Counted from the stretch's first letter, positions 11,722-20,503 are shown. The stretch: 25,282 bases of DNA from Fidelibacterota bacterium (GCA_046861655.1 JBHIAI010000012.1:1-25282), one strand, 5' to 3'. Notes: generated by a model from the sequence alone, not told the origin. A program made the numbers and translations.

Positions 11722-11782
11722 CAGTTGGCAGTAGGCAGGGGGAAAAGACAGTAGGCAGGGGCAGCGGGCAGTCAGCGGTGGC
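11722..11782 (+). repeat. Degenerate heptamer array, consensus CAGTNGG
   Basis: cagttgg cagtagg caggggg aaaaga cagtagg cagggg cagcggg cagtcag cggtggc; preceded by hairpin CCCGCC-AA-GGCGGG (11690-11703). Confidence 0.6.
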
Positions 11783-11821
11783 CAGGAAGATGATGAGGCT
11801 CATCAAACGTCCGCAGTCTAA

Positions 11822-11898
11822 CGCATTACGAATTACGCATTACGAATTACGCATTACGAATTACGCATTACGGATTACGCGTTACGAATCACGAATGA
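11822..11898 (+). repeat. 11-unit heptamer tandem array CGNATTA
   Basis: (cgcatta cgaatta)x3 cgcatta cggatta cgcgtta cgaatca cgaatga. Confidence 0.95.
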
Positions 11899-11942
11899 CC
11901 TTACTCTAACAGGAGTTTCCCCTCACACACCGCGGTAGACTC

Positions 11943-12620
11943 ATGGAATATCAGACACCACGCACCCTGGTTCGGTGGTCCGTGGTCCACTCCATTCTTC
12001 TCATGGTGACCACTGTGGCAGCTGCCGCCTGGAATCGTCCATCGATTGTGGCTCTATCAGGAACGGGTTCCCTGCTGAGTTTGACCGCCCTTTACTGGAA
12101 ACGGTGGACACCCGATGGAGTGTTTGGACAGGCCAATGTGATGACGCTTATCCGCCTGGCAGGGGTGGGGGTGCTGGTGACCATAGCCGGGTATGGTCCC
12201 ACAGTCGCGATTCCCCCATTAGGGTTCCTTCTTCTGGCCGGCGACGGCGTTGACGGCTGGCTGGCAAGACGACAGAATCAGGCCTCTGTATTTGGTGAGT
12301 ATTTTGATAAAGAAACGGACGCATTTCTTCTTCTTGTGGTATGCCTCTTGCTTACCACTCAAGGTCTGGTAGGGCCGTGGATCCTGGCCGGAGGCCTTCT
12401 CCGCTATCTGTTTGTGTTGACCGGTCGATCCATAAGGGGAAGAAGGCTCGCCGAAAGGAAAACGAGTCGGGGACGAATCATCTATATCGTGGTAACAGGA
12501 CTCCTTCTTCTCTGCTTTCTCCCTTTGCCCTCCCTGCATTTACCCCTTGCCCTCATGGCCCTGACGTTGCTTATTTACTCCTTCGCAGGTGAGTTCTGGC
12601 AAATCATTTCGACCGGATAG
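11943..12620 (+). CDS. CDP-alcohol phosphatidyltransferase family protein
   Basis: ANVMTLIR and DGVDGWLARR..ASVFGEYFDKETD match D-x2-DG-x2-AR..G-x3-D-x3-D; multiple TM segments. Confidence 0.9.
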   Translation: MEYQTPRTLVRWSVVHSILLMVTTVAAAAWNRPSIVALSGTGSLLSLTALYWKRWTPDGVFGQANVMTLIRLAGVGVLVTIAGYGPTVAIPPLGFLLLAGDGVDGWLARRQNQASVFGEYFDKETDAFLLLVVCLLLTTQGLVGPWILAGGLLRYLFVLTGRSIRGRRLAERKTSRGRIIYIVVTGLLLLCFLPLPSLHLPLALMALTLLIYSFAGEFWQIISTG

Positions 12621-14715
12621 ACATCGGGTACTAGGGTTCCTCACGGTATCGCTGGCCCACGCCTTCCATGGTCTGGCCCTGTTGAACCTTGTTATCTTCC
12701 TTGAAGTACTTTTCCTGGGAGGGTTCCGGTTTGCCGTGGGCGGCCTCACCGTTTCGGCAACGCACCTTCGGAACCCATTCCTCCTGACTCTCGGTTTTGC
12801 CCTGCTGGCAAAGATTCTCCATCCCTCTTTCGCCCTGGGGAAGTCACCGCTGGGTAGGATCGGAAAATGGGTAGCACGCACATTTCAGAGGCTGAGAGTC
12901 CGTGACGCGACTCCCGTGGCGTTCTGGATAAGCCTGTTGTTTCTGAACAGTCTCCTGTTCCTGCCTTCCCTCCTGGTGGAAATGGACAGGAGTACCCTGA
13001 TCCCTCTGCCGCCTCTTCATGGCGACCGGGGCTGGTACGATACGCTTCTATTCTTCGTTCGAAGGGAAAACAATGACCTCTTCCGGATCTCGGGTGAACT
13101 TCTGGCCATCGCCACTCTGGTGGTGATTGCCAGGAGAATCCGGATCAAAAGGTGGGCGGTACGCTTCGGTCTGGGCCTCTATCTCGTTCTTCTGGCATAC
13201 CAGATTTACGAGTCCTTGTCCCTAAGAATATTCGGCGAGAGGCCCCTTTTCTACAGCGATCTGCTCCTGTTCAAGGATGCGGCTTATCTCGTGGTGGACC
13301 TCTGGTCATCACGCCTGATGGACACCGCGGTCCGGCTTGCGGTGTGGGGTGTTCTGACCGCGACGGCCATCGGTCTGGCATTCAGATTCGTGACCAACCG
13401 GCTTGAAAGGATACACCCGTCCTCCCCTGCGGCCATCTTGGGGATGTTCATCTGGCCCGTGGTCCTTTTTTCCTCCTTCTGGTACGATGCCCACGATTCC
13501 AGACCCACCGTCCGGTGGATCATCCCCAGAATCGTGGAAAACGTGGGCGACTCCGTTCAGGCTCCAAAAAGGTTCCAGACGTTCGAACAAGGCAGACCGC
13601 TACCGTATGCCGAATACTGGTCTGTCCGATTGAACCGGAAGCCGAATCTTTTTCTATTCCTCGTAGAATCTTATGGCAAAGTCCTGGCTGAGAACCCCCG
13701 GCTAAGAGGCAGCTACCAAAGCAAAATGGGGGAGGTCCAGGACCTGCTGACAGACAGCGGGTGGCATGTGGCCACCAATTTCAGCGCGGCTCCCATCAGT
13801 GGGGGAAAGTCATGGCTCAGCATGGGCACCGTTCTGGCGGGCATCGAGGTGAAAAATCAGGCCCTGTATTCCTTTCTGCTCCGATCCATGCCCGATTATC
13901 CCCATCTGGTTCGATTCATGAAATCCCAGGGCTACACGGCCGCCGTCCTCCAGCCCACCATGCGACCGAGACCGGGATTCCCGTTCGAGCGATACGAGTC
14001 CTTCTTTGATTACGACCTCTGGATTTACCAGAGGGATCTGGATTATGCCGGAGATTTCTACGGTTGGGGCATGATTCCAGACCAGTACAGCCTTAACCAT
14101 GCCCACGAGAAGTTCATCCAATCCCTTCGTGAACCCTTCTTCCTGCTCTTCGAAACCGTGTCATCCCACTCCCCCTGGTACGATCTTCCCCCCTATGTTG
14201 ATGACTGGAGACGTCTGGGCGAACCCGGTTTTCACACCCCTGAACACGCCCCCTTCGCCAGCCTGGATAACCACTGGCCGAGAACCTGGAAAAAGCTTTC
14301 TAACCACCTCAAGAAGCAGCTTGGCCTGAAGGATGTGTTTCGCCTGGAAGACTACCTGGCACATATGAATTACCAGATAGACGTTATCATCAACTACATC
14401 CTTGAGAAAGCACCCGAAAACAGTGTATTCATCATCCTGGGGGATCATCAACCTCCCATCATCACGGGCGGATCCCTAGATTTCGAAACTCCGGTACACG
14501 TTATCGCCCGGGATGAGCGTTTTATCCGGTCTCTTGCCAGATACGGTTTCCTCCCGGGGACCCTAAAAGAGCCTACCCTGGGCGGATCCATCCGGCATGA
14601 AGCCCTGTACTCCCTCCTGGTCCGGATCCTGGCCGAAAACTATGGGAAGGACAATGGCCCACCGTTGCCCACATATCGACCCCACGGTGTGTCCCTTTCC
14701 GTCCTCCGGCGGTGA
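12589..14715 (+). CDS. Membrane-anchored LTA synthase/sulfatase-like (alkaline phosphatase superfamily) protein
   Basis: N-terminal TM bundle, then PNLFLFLVESYG, SGGKSW (candidate nucleophile), SSHSPW, GDHQP. Start codon uncertain. Confidence 0.75.
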   Translation: MSSGKSFRPDRHRVLGFLTVSLAHAFHGLALLNLVIFLEVLFLGGFRFAVGGLTVSATHLRNPFLLTLGFALLAKILHPSFALGKSPLGRIGKWVARTFQRLRVRDATPVAFWISLLFLNSLLFLPSLLVEMDRSTLIPLPPLHGDRGWYDTLLFFVRRENNDLFRISGELLAIATLVVIARRIRIKRWAVRFGLGLYLVLLAYQIYESLSLRIFGERPLFYSDLLLFKDAAYLVVDLWSSRLMDTAVRLAVWGVLTATAIGLAFRFVTNRLERIHPSSPAAILGMFIWPVVLFSSFWYDAHDSRPTVRWIIPRIVENVGDSVQAPKRFQTFEQGRPLPYAEYWSVRLNRKPNLFLFLVESYGKVLAENPRLRGSYQSKMGEVQDLLTDSGWHVATNFSAAPISGGKSWLSMGTVLAGIEVKNQALYSFLLRSMPDYPHLVRFMKSQGYTAAVLQPTMRPRPGFPFERYESFFDYDLWIYQRDLDYAGDFYGWGMIPDQYSLNHAHEKFIQSLREPFFLLFETVSSHSPWYDLPPYVDDWRRLGEPGFHTPEHAPFASLDNHWPRTWKKLSNHLKKQLGLKDVFRLEDYLAHMNYQIDVIINYILEKAPENSVFIILGDHQPPIITGGSLDFETPVHVIARDERFIRSLARYGFLPGTLKEPTLGGSIRHEALYSLLVRILAENYGKDNGPPLPTYRPHGVSLSVLRR

Positions 14716-15497
14716 CCGCGATGCCCATGAAAACACGGCTGGGCCGCTTGACCACAACACCCGTCACCACTGCGGAAGAGGTCCGGGTCTTTTTCGATCG
14801 CTTCGCCCCGGATTATTCCGAACAACACGGTTCGCCCCAACGGATGTTGAGGTTCCGCCTCAAACTTATCAAGGAATGGGCCCATCCCGGCCTGGAAGAC
14901 GTTGTCCTCGATCTGGGCTGCGGAACCGGGCACCATCTTATGGCACTCCATCCACATATCGGCCAGGGGATCGGCATCGATTTCTCCCGGGTCATGATCG
15001 AAATAGCAAAGGAGCGTCTGGAGTATTCAGGCGGAAACGGGAACCTTACTTTCCGGACGGACGACGCAAGAATCCTTTCCACCGTTCAGGATCGATCCGT
15101 AGACCTTGCCATGTGCATCGGCTCCCTGGAACATATGCTCGATCAGGATGCGGTGCTGAGGCATGCCTACCGGGTGCTGAAACCCGGCGGACGGTTCGTC
15201 TGCCTGACCCCGAATGGGAACTACATCTGGTACCGGCTTCTGGCCCCATGGCTGGGACTCGATACACGCCATCTTTCCACGGACAGGTTCCTGACGGAAC
15301 CGGAATTCGGACGACTTCTCGCAGAAAGCGGATTTCAGTCCATTGACATGGGCCGTTGGTCCTTTGTTCCGCGAGGGGATCTTCATCCCCTGGTGGGATC
15401 CGTGCTGGTCCTTCTGGGAACGGCCGGCAGGTTATTGGGCATGAAGGATTTCCAGGGAGGGCTGATGGCCTCCGCCGTTAAGGGCGAACGTACCTAG
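14712..15497 (+). CDS. Class I SAM-dependent methyltransferase
   Basis: VLDLGCGTG, GIDFS..M, RVLKPGGRF; GTGA overlap with the upstream gene. Confidence 0.9.
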   Translation: MTAMPMKTRLGRLTTTPVTTAEEVRVFFDRFAPDYSEQHGSPQRMLRFRLKLIKEWAHPGLEDVVLDLGCGTGHHLMALHPHIGQGIGIDFSRVMIEIAKERLEYSGGNGNLTFRTDDARILSTVQDRSVDLAMCIGSLEHMLDQDAVLRHAYRVLKPGGRFVCLTPNGNYIWYRLLAPWLGLDTRHLSTDRFLTEPEFGRLLAESGFQSIDMGRWSFVPRGDLHPLVGSVLVLLGTAGRLLGMKDFQGGLMASAVKGERT

Positions 15498-15514
15498 CGC
15501 TCCATCGAGGATCG

Positions 15515-15535
15515 GGTATTGAGAAGCTTAATACC
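15515..15535. terminator. Hairpin between convergent operons
   Basis: GGTATTGAG-AAG-CTTAATACC (one G-T wobble); no clear U tract. Confidence 0.35.
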
Positions 15536-15549
15536 AAGCATACCCCGGT

Positions 15550-15592
15550 CCCTGCCTACTGCCCGTGCTGCTGCCGGTGCCAACTGCCAACT
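15550..15592 (-). repeat. CAGTNGG-family heptamers on the minus strand
   Basis: Minus strand reads agttgg cagttgg caccgg cagcag cacggg cagtagg caggg. Bases 15550-15563 are the exact reverse complement of 11727-11740. Confidence 0.6.
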
Positions 15593-16427
15593 AATGATTT
15601 TTCCCCTTCTCTCCCACGAACAACTTGTACCTGGCTCTTCCCTCGTCATATAACCGCCGCAGGGCCATCCCTCCCCGGTAGGCCCTCACGACCTCCCGGA
15701 TCCACCCAACAGGCACGGAGAATTGAACCACTTTCAACAATCCCTCAGCCAGGGAGAGAAACCGAGAGGAGGACCACCGGATGTCCCCCGTCAGGTCCGT
15801 CTCTTCCACCAGATTGAGACCGCTGGACCTGAAAGCCATCCGTACGTTCCCTTCGGACGGTACGTCGGTAAGATACCAGAATCCCTTGAGGCGGATCAAA
15901 CTTGGACGGGCAACAGGATCCCCGTCATCCCTCAAAACGTCGTCCACCATCACCAGCCGGCCCCCCGGCTTCAGGACCCGGGAGAGAAGATCAACGGAAT
16001 GGGGGAGGTCCTTGCTGTGAATGAGAGACTCGATGGCCACCACAGCATCATACCCCTCACCGAGAGGTTCATCGTAGCTCCGGCAGGAAAACCGAACGTA
16101 TGAGGAGAGCCCCCGGCGCCTGGCTTCCCGGTTAGCCGCCTCCACCTCAGCCGGACTGAGGGTGATCCCATCATAGGTTCCCCCTCCCTTTTCGTGCCAC
16201 CGGAATACGGTTCCTCCCAGGCCGCATCCCGCATCCAAGACCCGGGGATCACTGGGCAGATTGGCCGCTTCAAAGGTCAGATCATCGACGGAAGGACTCA
16301 CCGTCTTATGCATGAGGAGGGATGTGGAACGGTTCCCTGGAGTCAGGCGGCTCTTCAGCCGGGTCCACCTGGACAACCGGCTGTACAACCGGGTGAGTTG
16401 AAGGCCGTCAGAATCAGCCTGGTCCAT
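15591..16427 (-). CDS. Class I SAM-dependent methyltransferase
   Basis: VLDAGCGLGG, GITLS, YDAVVAIES, RVLKPGGRL; these motifs resemble sterol/tocopherol/cyclopropane-type methyltransferases. Confidence 0.85.
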   Translation of the reverse strand: MDQADSDGLQLTRLYSRLSRWTRLKSRLTPGNRSTSLLMHKTVSPSVDDLTFEAANLPSDPRVLDAGCGLGGTVFRWHEKGGGTYDGITLSPAEVEAANREARRRGLSSYVRFSCRSYDEPLGEGYDAVVAIESLIHSKDLPHSVDLLSRVLKPGGRLVMVDDVLRDDGDPVARPSLIRLKGFWYLTDVPSEGNVRMAFRSSGLNLVEETDLTGDIRWSSSRFLSLAEGLLKVVQFSVPVGWIREVVRAYRGGMALRRLYDEGRARYKLFVGEKGKNH

Positions 16428-17118
16428 GGTTCAGAATGAATATCAACTGGTTGGCATACTTCAACGGGATGATCGATGAGGAAGGACGATCCACCCATCT
16501 CTTGATGAACCCCACCTTCTCAAGGGAAAGGAAAAGGAGCACCTTTCTGGTCCACCACCGGTCCCGTGTGACGGTGAGGATTTCAAAGCCTGCCCCCGTC
16601 AGAAGCCTGGTCCACGCCTCAAGAGGTTGAGCGTTCTCGTTACTCTTCTCATCGATACTATTCAAGGCGGTGAACACCCTGAACACCAGGGAGCGCGAGT
16701 TGGGAACCATGATGCAGAACCGGGCATCTTTCCTGGCCACGCGCCTCATTTCCCTCAGTCCCCGTTCCATGTCCACGAAGTGTTCCAGGGCGGCGGTGCA
16801 GGTAACGTAGTGGAAAAAATCGTCTTCAAAGTCCAGATGCTCCGCCCGGCCCACTTTGACAGTCGCACCAGGAATTACCTGCCGGGATAGTCTTACGGCT
16901 TCCTCGGACAGGTCCACACCGTAGGGATCCAGTCCCCTTCTGGCTGCTTCCTTCAACAGAAAACCCGTGCCGCAACCCACGTCCAACAGTCTCTTCCCTC
17001 TCCGGACCTCCAGGTAATCCAGAAACACAGGATAGGCTCGCTCTGACCGCATGCTTTCCAGTCCGTAATCGTCATACAGGTCATCAAACCATTCCCTGAT
17101 CTCTCTCTGTGTAGGCAT
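16414..17118 (-). CDS. Class I SAM-dependent methyltransferase
   Basis: LLDVGCGTG, GVDLS, AEHLDFEDDFF, LEHF, EMRRV. Confidence 0.9.
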   Translation of the reverse strand: MPTQREIREWFDDLYDDYGLESMRSERAYPVFLDYLEVRRGKRLLDVGCGTGFLLKEAARRGLDPYGVDLSEEAVRLSRQVIPGATVKVGRAEHLDFEDDFFHYVTCTAALEHFVDMERGLREMRRVARKDARFCIMVPNSRSLVFRVFTALNSIDEKSNENAQPLEAWTRLLTGAGFEILTVTRDRWWTRKVLLFLSLEKVGFIKRWVDRPSSSIIPLKYANQLIFILNHGPG

Positions 17119-17121
17119 GCT

Positions 17122-18171
17122 CTAGCCTCCCACAGCCTCATAAGCCCCGGCCCTCAATACCCAGGAATGAAACTCCCTGCCCGTGGTCTCCCAGGAGGAA
17201 AATCTCTTGCTGGTTTCCCAGGCCTGTTTCCCCATGGCGGCTCGTCTGGACCGGTTCTTTACGAGCTCCCCGATGGCCTGGCCAAAAGAGGCCCAGTCAC
17301 CGGGTGGGATCAGCCACACACCCTCTGACCCCATGACGGTTTCGGGAATTCCTCCCTCATCAAAGGCTACTGCCGGAAGCCCCCGGGCCATGGCCTCCAT
17401 GAGAACCATACTGCACGATTCAAACTCCGAGGGGAGAACGAAAATATCGCTCCCGTCATAGACCTCAACAAGCTGCACCGGGGAAAGGGATCCGAGAAGG
17501 TGTACCCGGGAGGAAACGGAAGATTCGTCTACCCTGTTCCTGAACCGCTTGGAATACTCCCCGTCCAGAATCTCCGATCCCGCCACGTCCCATCTCCACG
17601 GCAGGTCTCCCATTTCCTCCAGTACTCCCATGAGACGGATCAGTCCCTTTCCGGGAAGGAAATTGGATACGGTGAGCAGACGGAGAGAAGGGGATTTCGA
17701 ATGTGCCTTCGGCGGACTCCTGAACCTATGGTGGAGACCGGGTCTGATCACAGTCACGTCGCCAGGATTTACACCATGAGAGATGAGCACCGACCTGCTG
17801 AACCGGCTGGTGGTGATAAACCCGTCAAATGCCTGAAGGATCTCCCTTTCTGTCTGAATCTGTTTGGAGCCTCCGCTGGCCGGATTCAGGAGACGGAGGT
17901 AATGAACCACCATCCCCATCTTCGAGAAGGCTTTTCTGGCTCTGAGCATCCTGGAACTCCCCAGGTACCGGGCCACCAGGCTGTCCACCACCGCCACGGG
18001 ATCCTGTCCCGAAAGGGTTTCCACGGGGATCCGGTCCCTATCTCCCCTGTCGATCACCCTCACGTCAATGTCGCCGGGGACCTTCCTGGAAAGATAGGTG
18101 ATCACCTCCTGGTTGAAGATATTGCCCCCTGTGGGCACCGGCCGTACAGACGGAACGAAGAAGGTGAGCAT
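17122..18171 (-). CDS. GT4 (GT-B) glycosyltransferase
   Basis: TGGNIFN, KG motif, DIFVLPSEFESCSMVLMEAMARGLP (Ex7E), GGIPE. Confidence 0.9.
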   Translation of the reverse strand: MLTFFVPSVRPVPTGGNIFNQEVITYLSRKVPGDIDVRVIDRGDRDRIPVETLSGQDPVAVVDSLVARYLGSSRMLRARKAFSKMGMVVHYLRLLNPASGGSKQIQTEREILQAFDGFITTSRFSRSVLISHGVNPGDVTVIRPGLHHRFRSPPKAHSKSPSLRLLTVSNFLPGKGLIRLMGVLEEMGDLPWRWDVAGSEILDGEYSKRFRNRVDESSVSSRVHLLGSLSPVQLVEVYDGSDIFVLPSEFESCSMVLMEAMARGLPAVAFDEGGIPETVMGSEGVWLIPPGDWASFGQAIGELVKNRSRRAAMGKQAWETSKRFSSWETTGREFHSWVLRAGAYEAVGG

Positions 18172-18174
18172 CGG

Positions 18175-18555
18175 TTAGTCCACCGGTGCCGTGTAGCTTG
18201 CCCACGCCACGTGGGACTCATGGAGGGTAACAGCCAACCTCCCCTGGAAGAAGGATCGGATTCGGGCCGATAGGGTGTCGTGGATGTACTTCGCCAGGAA
18301 TTCTGCCGTCGTCTTCTGGGATCGGAATGGATCCAGTTCGTCAAGGTTGTGATAATCCAGTTCCGACAGGACGTCCTTGAGTATCCGGTTGGCCTGTCCT
18401 ATATCAATCACTCTGTTGTGGGTATCCAGCTCAGATCGACCGAACTCGGCATCCACGATGTAGGTGGCTCCGTGAAGGCGCTGGGCCTTCCCGAACGATT
18501 CAGCTTTCAAGGAGTGTGCGATAAGAATCTTGTCCCGAACGGTTACTGTATAGAT
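18175..18555 (-). CDS. 6-pyruvoyl-tetrahydropterin / 6-carboxytetrahydropterin synthase (QueD/PTPS)-fold protein; apparent ATC start
   Basis: The frame extends upstream of the track start to (I/M)YTVTVRDKILIAHSLK..QRLHGATY..LDYHNLD..TTAEFLA..LHES. SD AGGAGG lies 6 nt before ATC (18555-18553), with an in-frame TGA just upstream. Confidence 0.8.
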   Translation of the reverse strand: MYTVTVRDKILIAHSLKAESFGKAQRLHGATYIVDAEFGRSELDTHNRVIDIGQANRILKDVLSELDYHNLDELDPFRSQKTTAEFLAKYIHDTLSARIRSFFQGRLAVTLHESHVAWASYTAPVD

Positions 18556-18578
18556 AGTTCACCTCCTATCTTGTTGTA

Positions 18579-19556
18579 CTAGTCCCCGTAGGTTACCAGG
18601 TATGACAGCTCCCGTACGGGTGAATCCCTAAGCGACTTGAATACCTCGGGCAGATCCTGAAAGGAAACCGAGCTGGTCAGGTGAGCATCGTACTCCGCAT
18701 TCTCGAGACAGGAGAACACCAGGTCTTTCCGCCGGTCTCTGTCCCACAGGGAACGCTTCCTCGCGGATACGTGTGACACCTGGGAACTCGTGATCGTTTT
18801 TCGCCCGGCGTGGAACGTTCCTCCCAGGCCCAGGGACACCTTCCCGTCTCCATACCAGCTCAGGTCAACCACCGTCCCCTCAAATCCCAGCCGGTCTATT
18901 CCGGTCTGAAGACCGTCTCCCGTTCCGCTTGCATGGAAGACAAGATCGAATCCGTCCCCGGCCTCCAACGGATCCTCCGCCGCAAACCCCATCTTGCGGG
19001 CGAGTTCAACCTTTCGAGGATCCGCATCCACGACCGTCGGCTGGACACCCGGGATTCCGGAAACCAGACGGGCCACCAGGGAACCCACCGTTCCGAAACC
19101 TACTACGAGAACCCTGTCTCCCACGGATACGCCCGAATCCCACAGGGCGTTTACCGCAGTTTCCATAGTACTTGCCAGAGTGGCACGCTCAGGAGACACC
19201 GGCAAGGGTATCGGATGAACGTCCCTTTCCCTTACCCTGCACCGTGTCTGGTGGGGATGGAGAACATGAACCGTCTTCCCCACCCACTCGGGCGAACCTG
19301 CCACCACCTCTCCCACCAGGGAATAGCCATACTTGACAGGAAACGGGAATTCACCCCCCATGTAGGGACAGGCCATCTCCCCGTGAATCTCCCGGGGGAC
19401 CCGTCCCCGGGCAACCAGGGATTCCGTACCAGGACTGACGGAAGAGAACAGGGTCCGGATCTCACACCACCCATCATCCAACGGTGGCAGTTCTTCTTCC
19501 CGAATGGAAGACTGCCCCGTACCGTCATGCCACAGGGCCCTGGCCTTGCTCACCAC
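18579..19556 (-). CDS. MDR-family (zinc-binding alcohol dehydrogenase-like) oxidoreductase
   Basis: SSVSPGTE, FPVKYGYSLVG, HPHQ, ETAVNALWD, VVGFGTVG, LSWYG, SSQV. The start is placed at GTG 19556, just after the upstream stop. Confidence 0.85.
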   Translation of the reverse strand: MVSKARALWHDGTGQSSIREEELPPLDDGWCEIRTLFSSVSPGTESLVARGRVPREIHGEMACPYMGGEFPFPVKYGYSLVGEVVAGSPEWVGKTVHVLHPHQTRCRVRERDVHPIPLPVSPERATLASTMETAVNALWDSGVSVGDRVLVVGFGTVGSLVARLVSGIPGVQPTVVDADPRKVELARKMGFAAEDPLEAGDGFDLVFHASGTGDGLQTGIDRLGFEGTVVDLSWYGDGKVSLGLGGTFHAGRKTITSSQVSHVSARKRSLWDRDRRKDLVFSCLENAEYDAHLTSSVSFQDLPEVFKSLRDSPVRELSYLVTYGD

Positions 19557-19560
19557 CCGG

Positions 19561-20484
19561 TTACCTTCCTGGGGATTCGGGAACACCCACGAACATGATC
19601 CCGTCCCCCACCGGCATGAAACGGGCAGCCCGAAAGCGGCGGGCTTCACCAACCGTATGAATAGGGGTCAAAGAAAAAGAGGGGATTCCCGAACCCAGAA
19701 TCATGGGGGAAATATGGACCTGAACGATATCCACGGCATCTTCCTCCAGAAAACGGGAGGTGGTCGCCGATCCCCCCTCGATGTACACCGAAGATATACC
19801 TTTTTCATACAGGGATTTCAGGATTCTGAGGGGAGAGATGGCTCCATCCTTGGAGGCAAAGGTCAGGACAGAAGAGCCCCATGACCGGATCAGATCCTTT
19901 CCATCGCCTACGCTGGAGCCAAGGACGATAGGCCGCGGATGGGGTCCCTCAACCCTTCGCACCGTCAGGGCCGGTTTGTCTCGCTTCAGGGTTTTCGACC
20001 CAATCAGGATTCCCCGGCACAGGGCTCGCATCCGGTGGGCATGGGTTCTGTTATCTTCATGTCCGATCCATCTGGAATCCCCGGAATCGGTGGCGATGCG
20101 CCCATCCAGGGATTGGGCAAAATGACTCACGGCGACGGCCCGGTTCCACCGACGGGCATAGACGGGGAGAAAGCAGTAGGGAAGATAGGTGGTCAGCAGG
20201 TTTGCCACTTCTGTGGCGGTGTCCTCTCCCTGGATCTGTGCCACATCGATGAGATGGGTGATCCTGAAGAGGAGGAAGGCGTCCCAGGAGACATCCGGTT
20301 CAGAATCGAGGAACACCACAGCGGCGGACGCGTCCCCGGACTGGGATAGAACCTCATTGACTTTCACCTCGGGAGTTTTTCCCGGTCTAAGAGAACAAAA
20401 CTCCACCGGACCGGTATGCCTCTCAAGGGTTTTCGCCAGCAGAAGGAGCACCTTCCACCACCTGTCGGTCAGTCCGGTAACCAC
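19561..20484 (-). CDS. RibD C-terminal (pyrimidine reductase/DHFR-like) protein without a deaminase domain
   Basis: FAQSLDGRIATDSGDSRWI, AHRMRA..GILIG..T...D.PALTVR, SVYIEGG, ISPMILGSG; no HAE/PCxxC. The start (GTG 20484) is uncertain. Confidence 0.8.
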   Translation of the reverse strand: MVTGLTDRWWKVLLLLAKTLERHTGPVEFCSLRPGKTPEVKVNEVLSQSGDASAAVVFLDSEPDVSWDAFLLFRITHLIDVAQIQGEDTATEVANLLTTYLPYCFLPVYARRWNRAVAVSHFAQSLDGRIATDSGDSRWIGHEDNRTHAHRMRALCRGILIGSKTLKRDKPALTVRRVEGPHPRPIVLGSSVGDGKDLIRSWGSSVLTFASKDGAISPLRILKSLYEKGISSVYIEGGSATTSRFLEEDAVDIVQVHISPMILGSGIPSFSLTPIHTVGEARRFRAARFMPVGDGIMFVGVPESPGR

Positions 20485-20503
20485 ACCGCCGGGGTAAGAA
20501 GAC

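Noticed and set aside
11788..11812. Hammerhead ribozyme (UGAUGAG core-like)
   Set aside because: Lacks the preceding C of CUGAUGA and the downstream GAAA; it is simply a palindrome.
11822..11898. CRISPR array
   Set aside because: Contiguous 7-nt units with no unique spacers, and no cas genes in the window.
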